Source of the DNA: Squalus acanthias
Taxonomy: Eukaryota
DNA length: 64,000 nucleotides
Direction: 5' to 3'
NCBI GenBank assembly: GCA_030390025.1
Contig: JASTWF010000325.1
Span: 1 to 64,000 of the forward strand
The notes below the pieces were generated by a model. It saw only the letters and a program-made list of their open reading frames with translations. It was not told where the DNA came from and ran no database searches. Shown here piece after piece: positions 38,373 to 47,562 of the stretch. How positions within the stretch are numbered: position 1 is the first letter of the stretch; each line of letters begins with the position of its first letter. A program made the translations under genes and the position numbers.

Positions 38373-39480
38373 GTTGTACCTCAGCCATGCCTTCTGCCTC
38401 CACCAATAGATCTCTATTTTGGTCCCTAATCGGCCCTATCACTGTTCTGACAAACCTTTTACTATTATTAATCCTATAGAAGACCTTTGAACTCCCTTTT
38501 ATGTTAGCCGCCACCAATCTATTCTGGTACTGTCTCTTTGTCCCTCTTATTTCCTTTTTCACTTCCCCTCTGTACTTTTTATATCCAGCCTGATTCTCCC
38601 TTGTATTATCAAGCTGGCATCTGTCATACACCCTTTTTTTCGGCTTCATCCTACTCTCTAACTCCTTCGTCATCCAGGGAGCTCTGACTTTGGTTGCCCT
38701 CCCTTTCCTCCTTGTGGGAATGTACCTAGACTGTACCCGCACCATCTCCTCTTTAAAGACTGTCCATGGCTCCATTACATTTCTGCCTGCCAGTCTTTGA
38801 CTCCAATTTACCCGGGCCAGATCCCTCATCAATTCACTGAAAGTAGCCCTCCCCCACTTATGTATTTTTATTCTAGATTTCTCCTTATTCTTCTCCATAA
38901 CTAATCTAAACCTTATGATACTATGATCACTATTCCCGAGATGCTCCCCGACTATAACATTCTCCACTTGACCCACTTCATTCCCAAGATTATTTCCAGC
39001 AATGCCTCCTTCCTCGTTGGGCAGGAAACATACTGATCAAGAAAATTCTGCTGAACACACTTCAGAAATTCCTGTCCTTTTCTGCCCTTAACACAATCAC
39101 TGCTGCATTCAATATTGGGGTAAAGTCTCCCATTATCACTACTCTATAGTACTTGCACCTCTCAGTGATTTCCCTGCAAATCTGCTCCGCTATCTCCTGC
39201 CCACTAGTTGGTGGCCTATAGAATACACCAAGTAGCGTAATAGCTCCTTTATTGTTTCTTAACTCCAATCAAATAGATTCTGTCTTTGACCCCTCCAGGA
39301 CATTCTCTCTTTCTAGCACTGTAATATTTTCCTTAATAAAACTGCTACCCCTCCTCCTGTTTTTCCTTCTCTATCTTTCCTGAATACCTTGTACCCAGGG
39401 ACATTAAGCATCCAATCCTCCTCTTTTTTGAGTCAGGTCTCTGTTATCGCCACTACATCATATTCCCACGTGGCTATTTG

Positions 39481-40003
39481 CGCCCTTGAGAAGGTGGTGG
39501 TGAGCCGCCTTCTTGAACCGCTGCAGTCTGTGTGGTGAAGGTACTCCCACAGTGCTGTTAGTGAGGGAGTTCCAGGATTTTGACCCAGCGACGATGAAGG
39601 AACAGCCCGATATATTTCCAAGTGTGTGACTCGGAGGGATACTTGCAGGTGATGGTGTTCCCATGCACCTGCTGTCCTTGCCTTTCTAGGTGGTAGAGGT
39701 CACAGATTTGGGAGGTGCTGTCGAAGAAGCCTTGGCGAGTTGCTGCGGTGCATCTTGTAGATGGTACACACTGCAGCCACGGTACGCCGGTGGTGGAGAG
39801 AGTGAATGTTTAAGGTGGTGGATGGGGAAAACCTCCCGGATGTAACGATGGATGGCGAATTGGGAGATGTTCGCAATATCCCCTGTTGAAGCCTGGAAGG
39901 AGCCACTGGCATAGAAATTGAGAGCCACCGTCACCAATCAAGCGGGCTGCTTTGTCCTGGATGGTGTCGAGCTTCTTGAGTGTTGATGGAGCTGCACTCA
40001 CCA
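39481..40003 (-). mobile_element. Fragment of the same LINE family, containing a 105-bp Harbinger-templated insert
   Basis: Reverse complement matches ~37885-38302. Confidence 0.85.
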
Positions 40004-40575
40004 ACCTTATCAATCACACTTTGTACATTTACCCACATGCATTCCAAACCTAACTTAGACCTCTTTGTATTTTCTATGATCCCACCTAATTCTGTATTAT
40101 TTCTAACTCTAAGCAGGAAAAATTCGGTTGGGTAGTGCCTCTTGTTAGCGCCTCCGGGGGCGCTAACGGGACTCTAACGACTTACCGCCCGAGCGCGGCA
40201 ATTTTAGCGCCGCCCGCAAAATTGACCTGACGGTTTGCTGTGGCGCGAAACACTACCACCACGATCTCCTGCGCCCGGAGATCGTGACGTCATCGAAGCG
40301 TGCCCCAGACTGGAAATTGATTCTCGCCCCCTGCCGCTAGGAACGACAGGTAGAGGGGGAGGTTTTGCAGTCGACTGGGAGCTGGGGGTGCGCTATTTAA
40401 AGGCGGCGCTTCCTGCTTTTTCCAGTCGGCAAAATATTCTGCATACGCAGGTTGAGAGAGGGAGAGAGGCGTCTGGAGACACTTAACGCTGTCCTACAAG
40501 GAGTTTTGTTCCTCACCAACACTTTTCAGGTTCCCATTTCTGTCAGCTTTATCACTACCATATTTAGAAGATTAA

Positions 40576-41631
40576 ATGGGAGCTGTACTAGCACGGGGCC
40601 TTCGGAGGCAGCACAGGCGCAGAGAGAGAGTGGCAAATGTCAGAGGGCCAACTGGGCTCTGCACAGGAGACCTTACCCTCCCAGGGTATTCCGGGAGCAA
40701 TTCTCCCACATTCATCTGTCCGAGGAGCAGTGTTTTAGAAGGCTGCGCTTCAGCAAGGAGGGGGTCACTGAGCTTTGCCACCCCCTGCAGCCAGGGCTGC
40801 AGCCTCAGCTCAGGACCAGGATGTCTCTGTCGGTGGCAGTGAAGGTGACGGTGGCTCTCAATTTCTATGCCAGCGGCTCCTTCCAGGCTTCAACAGGGGA
40901 TATTGCGAACATCTCCCAATTCGCCATCCATCGTTACATCCGGGAGGTGACAAACGCTCTATACCAAAGGAGAAGGCAGTACATCTCTTTCCCCATGACC
41001 CGAGACAAACAGCGTGAACGCACATGTGGCTTTGCTAGGATAGCGGGCTTCCCCATGGTTCAGGGCGCCATTGACTGCACGCATGTGGCATTGCAAGCTC
41101 CTAATGAAAATGCAGAGGTTTTCCGCAACCGCAAAGGCTTCCACTCTCTGAACGTCCAGTTGGTTTGCAACCACAGACAGCGCATCCTCGCCTCAATGCC
41201 CGCTATCCTGGCAGCAGCCACAGTGCTTTCATCCTGTGCCAGACTGGTGTTCCAGACCTCTTCCAACCACTGCATCAACCTCGTGGCTGGCTCCTCGGGG
41301 ACAAGGGTTATCCACTCTTCACCTGGCTGATGACACCGCTCCGTAACCCCAACACTCCTGCTGAGCTCGCATACAATGAGAGCCATAGCGCCACTAGGAA
41401 CCTCACTGAACAGACGATCGGTGTGCTGAAGCAACGGTTCCGGTGTCTTGACCGCTCTGGAGGAGCCCTGCAGTACTCCCCCAATCGAGTCTCGGTTTTT
41501 ATTGTTGTGCGCTGCATGCTGCACAACTTCGTCATTCTGAGGACACAGCCATTGCCACCAGGGACTGGTGCACCACCTCAGGAGGAGGGAGAGGAGGGGG
41601 AGGAGGCGGAGGAGGAGGAGGATGAAGAGGA
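40576..41631 (+). pseudogene. Harbinger C transposase, frameshifted; C-terminus resumes at 51023-51112
   Basis: GAIDCTH, LLGDKGY; acidic tail split by the ERV insertion. Confidence 0.9.
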
Positions 41632-43253
41632 TGTAAGGGTTTGCGTGCGTGTCTCTCAGCCTGTGAGATTCACGCGGCTCTATGCAGCCTGTATGTCAGT
41701 GCGGGTTTAGGCCTTGTTGCCTGTTCTGGTCTCCAGCCAGTCTGGGAGCACTAGACACACCTGTGAGTGGTTCGAATCACTCGCCCTTACGGTTCTAGAC
41801 ACTGGACTTAGATGCGAGAGCAGTAATGGAGATGAAACTCATGTAGACTCGGTTGAATGGTACGAAATGGAAAAATCTTTATTGCATGATATTCAAGATT
41901 ACGAAATACATGTCATACAATCTTACACGCAGTTGTATAGCTAATTCTAGGGAAACGAGGAACGAACGACACACCGTAAATAGGGGCACACATTACAAGT
42001 ATCCTTAATACTTAAACCCTCCCCTATCAATATCTGTCCTAGCTAGATTCGTAGGATTCGAGACTCATGCTCACCACTCGTGATAACTCGGAGAAATTCC
42101 GAATAGCTGATCGGATGTTTTCACCACAGCACCCACGTGTCGATCAGGGGGTCTCCTGGTCCCACTTGTTTACTTGCTTCTGCTCCGGCTAGCAGGCTGG
42201 AACGTCTGCTGTGATGAAGATCTGTGTTGGTTGGTTTAACAGGCACTGTCCGGATGGGTTTCACAGACCAGTCAATATCATCTTGGAGGATCTTCCGAGG
42301 TCCGTTCTTGCAAGTTCAAAGAAGTCTCCCTGGCAAGGAAACTTGGCTATTCGACCTACAGGCGCGGTCGGGGCTTACTGACCATGGCGATGAGTATGGT
42401 CTTCCTCTCTTCTCATCTCATCTCATCTCATCTCATCTCATCTCGGGCCTTTGGTTCCGATGCCAGTTACCAACATAGGTCTTCGTTACGCGACACGAGG
42501 TAGATCCGAACGGATCATAAAGTTCAACAGTCTTTTTCAAAGAGGCACCAGGCAAGCAGGAACAAGACTACGAGTCAAAACACAGGAGCAGCCACGAGGA
42601 TACGAGTCGATCGGATAAGAGAAAGATGGACGGTTGGAGCTTGTAATTATAGTACAAAATCTTCCGTTTCCCGCCCAACCTTAATGCCCTTTCTTTTGTT
42701 TGGGTTTGGCGCTCAAATGTCTTGTATGGGTGATCTCCGTTCTTAATGGGTTTCGGGGCTACTCGTAAATGCCTGAGTACCTGTTAATATTTCTCCCATT
42801 GTTAAATCGGTCGGTGTTCTCCCTGGAGGGGTTTTGGGGCTTCCAAGTGTTTTGTATAACTACCCGCTAACGGCTCTCTCATCGTAGAGTCGTTGGGATT
42901 TTACATATTAATGTCTTTGGATGGGCCCTTGATTACTTGGTACAATAGCTTTCATTCGTACCTGGGAGACCGATTTCAGTATTTATGTGTATACTGCAAA
43001 CCCATAATGTCTCGTGTATTATCTTCAATGTGCTGAATCTTAATCGATCTTGCACAAATGTTTATTGGAACGCCATCTTGTCTGCCTGTCGAAGAGTCTA
43101 GAATGTTCTGTCACGAGGTGCGGCGGCCATTTTACAGGCTGCTTGTGTCCACTTTGAAAACCCTGACAGCATTCTGCTGAAATAAAAGCTGTTTGAACGA
43201 AACTCTGTGTTTTCTCCTTATTAATAAAATCGCGATATATTGCGAATTCTACA
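41632..43253 (-). repeat. 3' LTR
   Basis: Near-identical to 49376-51018; minus-strand AATAAA at 41878-83; TATA-like at ~42646; internal (CATCT)n. Confidence 0.97.
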
Positions 43254-43702
43254 GTCCCTCCTGTTGATGCGAATAACTCCGCTTATCGTATCAAAAATAA
43301 TAGTGGTGAGCAATATTATCTCGATTTTCTCCGAATCCAGAAAATTAATCCCATAACTTTAACCTAGCTAGGGTCTCTGTGTCGTCCTTATTTCCCAAGA
43401 AAATTACATTTTATATCACCGTAGGCATTATTTGCCTTTAAACTTACACCACTTGTTTTCCTTCCCGGCGTAACCAGGCCGATGCCTCTCGTATCACCTG
43501 TATATTCATCTTTTATTCAGGGAAAGGAAAAACAAAACCCAAAACCAAACAATCAATTTTAACTATCACACCATCACCAAAATAATTAACACCAACTCTT
43601 AAAACATGTCGAGTTCCCAACTTATTTACAATCTTTGAAAATCATGATCGAGTACAAACTTCCGCGGCGCACGTGGCGAGCGGGAGTGACGCCATTTTCC
43701 GA

Positions 43703-46054
43703 TCACACGGTGCTTTCATCGTGCACGCGCACGTAACGTTCTCGCCACTCTCCCGTGTTTTCATGCTTAGTGAGGCGTTTGTCTCTTTTACAATGTACGA
43801 CCAATAGGTACACTACAATAAAAACTTGACATACGACTAAAATGTGGGAGGCTATTCTGATCCATGAAGGCACTTCAATATTGGTGAACAGATTCCACCA
43901 CGGTGGAACTACTATATCCAGAATGTCTGTCCCTATTTCGACAGTTTTCTGTTCTAATGTGTAAAAATGTTTCTGTGACACCGCGACGGCTTTTAAAAGC
44001 TTGGTGAGGTGTTCAGGGAGAGGGGGAATGAGGTATCCGAAATGCGCGACGAATCGCTGCAAGTCGGTGAAATTCTCTTTTACTGTGAGATGAACAGTGG
44101 ATGGTTCAGGGATTGGGATAATTCGCTGTTGTGCTACTTGAACTTCCGCCCTGGGTTTGAAACAGAAACTGCTGTCACTCACCGGACACCGGCTACGGTT
44201 TCCATGCTGGTAGTGTTGCGCTGCAGTGGTAACACAATATGTTCCACCCCCGATGTATGCTACCTGCGGAGGCACATGATCTTGTGCCATTGCCTCCATG
44301 GTGCAATTCATGGACTTGGCGCCAGCCGTTCTGAACCCGCACTGTGGTGTTAAAAAGGCATTCAAGTGCTGGGGACACAGTATTATGTGTGCTCCCCTGC
44401 CACGAAAACCAGCGAGATCTGTACCTGTCATCGTTTGCTCCCAGCGGATGACGTAGGGTGGAACCGCTGCATAGCGAATGTGGGCTCCCCCCTGAATGAC
44501 ACCAATGTTCTCTACCCGATACACCGGGGCGGGCTTTGCTGTGTCGCCCAGAACCGGCATACGTAGTACTATACCCATAATGGTATGGTTTGATCGTCCG
44601 CAGTCCACGGGGACTGGGTAAGCTTCTGAAGCTAGCCTGAGCTGGCACGGGCTTAATGCGTTCTGAAAAGGGTGGAGCGCCCGCAGGTGTTTGTTACTTA
44701 TCCAGGACGGGACCAAACCTTGTTTTAAATCCTCCAAATTACTGCGGCCCTCGCCCAGTAACCACGCCCCGTAAAGCACGCACACCTCGTTCTGTGCAGC
44801 TTGATCGGATGCATTCCGATCTTCCCTAATCAGGGCATTTACCGTCTTTGCATGTTTCTCCAGCTCTGCTATAATTTCCTTTAAATGGAGAGTCATGGCT
44901 TGGTCCTCGTGTAGACCCGACCCTACCACTTTATTCTCATCTGTTAGAATGTCTTTTAATTGTGTCTTTAAACCATTAATCTGGGTCTGCAGCTCCACAC
45001 TGTCTAGAGCGTTGACCACAGATGTACCCGTGTTAAAAGCAGTGAACGCATCGTTCACTAAACCCCTTCTTTGCCTTCCTACTTGATCCAAAACTTCATG
45101 TGGTGCGGTGTACAAACTTGTTTTATCAATTTCCGCGAAATCGAATTCGTAAAATTGTCTGAACATCTTGGTCAACAGGACCTGATACAACTGTTCCGTC
45201 TTTTTGGGGCACCACTCTGGTAACCGCACCTCGGTGAGATTTAAAATCACCGAGGCCACCGCGTAATGTACCCCCTGAAATAGTATCTGGTCTGTGGGGA
45301 CCAGTACCAAACCATTCCCGGGTCCTTTACTAGTTTTAGGGCACCCTTCCTCTTCAGCTAGAACCACCGGAATCGTGGGCGGGGCTTTGCGTGGGCGCGT
45401 AATGAGCTCAGTGGCATTTACCGGGATCGAAGAGTATGGGGCTCCGCACCCCCTGGTGCTCGCATCCCACCTCATCCCCTGTCCGTTATCCTGCCACTGA
45501 TTAATGAAAAATATGGATATGCCTTTGGGGCAAGGGTATTTTGACCCCCACATGCATACATAAATTCCCTCGTCCGGTTCCCACCATTTGTCCCAACAGA
45601 CTCTCACTTGTCCGTTTGTCCCCGTAATTGTCCGATGGGTATTATTACCCAGTCGTTCCCACTCGACCGAAGAGTTCCTCATGTTTTTGCTCAGCTTTCG
45701 CAGCCACCACCATCGGCTCAATGGGACATTCCCACTACAAGTCAAACAAATCCGTTTGCCGACGGTGACGCTGATCCTGGGTGCGATGATCCTTACTTTG
45801 GGGCACATTAAAGAAGTCTCTTGGTAGGCAAACCCCGATGTGCTAGAATACTCCGTTGAGTTCGTTCCCAGCCATCCTGGCCACCTTCCCTTGTGGAAAT
45901 AGGTGGTGGTCTCCTCAGCCTCCCGTCTTCCGGTCCCATCCACCGCGATGGGGGCCGTGTCCCCGGAGCATCCGAACACCACGACATCCTTGGTGCGGCC
46001 TCGATAGGCCAATCCACATCCGATTGCCGCGAGCAATACTAGAATTCGTTCCAT
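43703..46054 (-). CDS. env: Envelope glycoprotein: signal peptide, Ig-like domain, class I F-like fusogen, TM segment, short tail (783 aa from Met54 of the ORF)
   Basis: MERILVLLAAIGCGLA signal; splice acceptor TCTATCTGATCACAG 13 nt upstream; RQRR|GLVNDAFTAF furin site and fusion peptide; heptad repeat; Cys-rich region; TM ILVVCQVFIVVYLLVV; multiple NxS/T sites. Confidence 0.88.
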   Translation of the reverse strand: MERILVLLAAIGCGLAYRGRTKDVVVFGCSGDTAPIAVDGTGRREAEETTTYFHKGRWPGWLGTNSTEYSSTSGFAYQETSLMCPKVRIIAPRISVTVGKRICLTCSGNVPLSRWWWLRKLSKNMRNSSVEWERLGNNTHRTITGTNGQVRVCWDKWWEPDEGIYVCMWGSKYPCPKGISIFFINQWQDNGQGMRWDASTRGCGAPYSSIPVNATELITRPRKAPPTIPVVLAEEEGCPKTSKGPGNGLVLVPTDQILFQGVHYAVASVILNLTEVRLPEWCPKKTEQLYQVLLTKMFRQFYEFDFAEIDKTSLYTAPHEVLDQVGRQRRGLVNDAFTAFNTGTSVVNALDSVELQTQINGLKTQLKDILTDENKVVGSGLHEDQAMTLHLKEIIAELEKHAKTVNALIREDRNASDQAAQNEVCVLYGAWLLGEGRSNLEDLKQGLVPSWISNKHLRALHPFQNALSPCQLRLASEAYPVPVDCGRSNHTIMGIVLRMPVLGDTAKPAPVYRVENIGVIQGGAHIRYAAVPPYVIRWEQTMTGTDLAGFRGRGAHIILCPQHLNAFLTPQCGFRTAGAKSMNCTMEAMAQDHVPPQVAYIGGGTYCVTTAAQHYQHGNRSRCPVSDSSFCFKPRAEVQVAQQRIIPIPEPSTVHLTVKENFTDLQRFVAHFGYLIPPLPEHLTKLLKAVAVSQKHFYTLEQKTVEIGTDILDIVVPPWWNLFTNIEVPSWIRIASHILVVCQVFIVVYLLVVHCKRDKRLTKHENTGEWRERYVRVHDESTV

Positions 46055-46365
46055 CCTTCCTTGGTTCCTGTGATCAGATAGAATGAGGTAGCCAGCCTCG
46101 CAAGAGTCTCTGGCTTTTGTGAAGGGTGAGCGGGTCCCCTGACCTCGCCTCACGTAAACTTCAACGTTCGCTGAATAAACTTTAACTAAACCTATCTCTA
46201 AAGCTCCCATCATTTTATCATTTTCTGTTAAAATTAAAACTACAAACTTAACCTGATTAAAACTATAAACTTATAACCTTAAACTATAAACTTAAACTTA
46301 AACTATGAACTTAAAACTTAAAACTTATTACTGTACAGCGCCGCCCGTTCTCAGGGCGGCCCCCT

Positions 46366-47562
46366 TTAAATTCTGAGAAGGCTGCTGCGAGCTCTTACCG
46401 ACTTTGGGAGGGCTCTGACCTTTTCCTCTGATCTGCCGCAGCCTGTTTCTGTACTGACCCCTCCCTCTGATCTGCCGCAGCCTGTTTCTGCACTGACCCC
46501 TTCCTCTGATCTGCCGCAGCCTGTTGCTGCTGCGATGGGGCCGGGCTGTATCTGGGCTGCCTTAACCTTGAGTCTGCGCCTTGGGACAGACTGGGGCCAT
46601 ACCCATATCTTCTTGGGCTGGGGTTCTCTACTTGACCTACGGGGAGTTGTCAGGGGCGGGGATCCCATGACCGACGGACCGGGTTCCGAGACTTCCATCG
46701 GGACGACCTGTGGTTCCACCACAGTCGCTGGCTCCGCCTCCGCTGACTCCGCCTCCCTAACCTCGGGGCTCGCAGTTTGTGGCTCCGCCCTGCTCGGCCC
46801 AGCAGGCGGCCCTTCACTCGCGATCTCTGCCTCCCCCGAGGGCGGGACGTTCAAAGCGGGCGGCTCGGGCTCGGAGGTTCTCACCGTCACTCCCTGTGGT
46901 CCCACAGCGGCTGGCTCCGCCTCCCCTAGCTCCTCCCTCCTGTGTTCGGGACCTGCAGCTTGTGGCTCCGCCCTGTGCGGATCTCCATCTGCAGTCCGTG
47001 TCCTCCCTATACCTAAAATGGGAACGCTCCTTACGTTCCCCAAAACCCACTCGTCTTCATCACTATCCTCATCTGACTCCCAACCCCACAAAAATGCTTC
47101 ATGATCTTCCAGGATGTCCCCTCCCCTGATGCAAGCTGCTTTGCCTGCCTGTGTGCCCTGTGGTCCTACCTGGGGCTGCGAGTCCCCACTCGCAGGTCTG
47201 GCCCCTCCCCTAAGACAGGCCACCGCCCCTGCTTGTTTCTGTGAAATCTCACCTGCTGGAGGCTGCAGATTTCTATCCTGTTTTAAATCCTCATACTCCC
47301 TGCTCCTGGCTACCCTGTAGGCTGCTTTTATCTCTCTAAGCTGCGCTTCTAGCCTGAGCACGTCTAACTTTCCCATTGAGCAGGCGTTCTCCTCCCGCAG
47401 GGCCTGCTCTCTAAGCTGCCCTTCCAGCCCATCTATTTTCCCTATTAAGCGGGCGTTCTCCTCCCGCAAGGCCTGCTCTTTTAACCTGGCCTCCTCACCG
47501 CAGACCCCCTCCTGTGCGTGTCTTTTAAAAGGACACAGGTAGGCAGGCTGCGTGGGCTCTAG
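46366..47562 (-). CDS. ORF X: 398 codons open in frame after the gag UGA; coiled-coil plus acidic/Pro-rich repeats, no enzyme motifs
   Basis: Frame continues CAA TGA CTA GAG CCC ACG.. without a stop to TAA at 46368-66; no early ATG. Confidence 0.7.
   Translation of the reverse strand, partial: LEPTQPAYLCPFKRHAQEGVCGEEARLKEQALREENARLIGKIDGLEGQLREQALREENACSMGKLDVLRLEAQLREIKAAYRVARSREYEDLKQDRNLQPPAGEISQKQAGAVACLRGGARPASGDSQPQVGPQGTQAGKAACIRGGDILEDHEAFLWGWESDEDSDEDEWVLGNVRSVPILGIGRTRTADGDPHRAEPQAAGPEHRREELGEAEPAAVGPQGVTVRTSEPEPPALNVPPSGEAEIASEGPPAGPSRAEPQTASPEVREAESAEAEPATVVEPQVVPMEVSEPGPSVMGSPPLTTPRRSSREPQPKKIWVWPQSVPRRRLKVKAAQIQPGPIAAATGCGRSEEGVSAETGCGRSEGGVSTETGCGRSEEKVRALPKSVRARSSLLRI

Noticed and set aside
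41714..42478. Small plus-strand ORFs inside the LTRs
   Set aside because: Non-ATG starts, antisense to the element, no recognisable motifs; one is truncated in the other LTR
46055..46213. First 53 codons of the 836-aa env ORF
   Set aside because: A splice acceptor and signal peptide point to Met54 (46054) as the start; an N-terminal leader cannot be fully excluded
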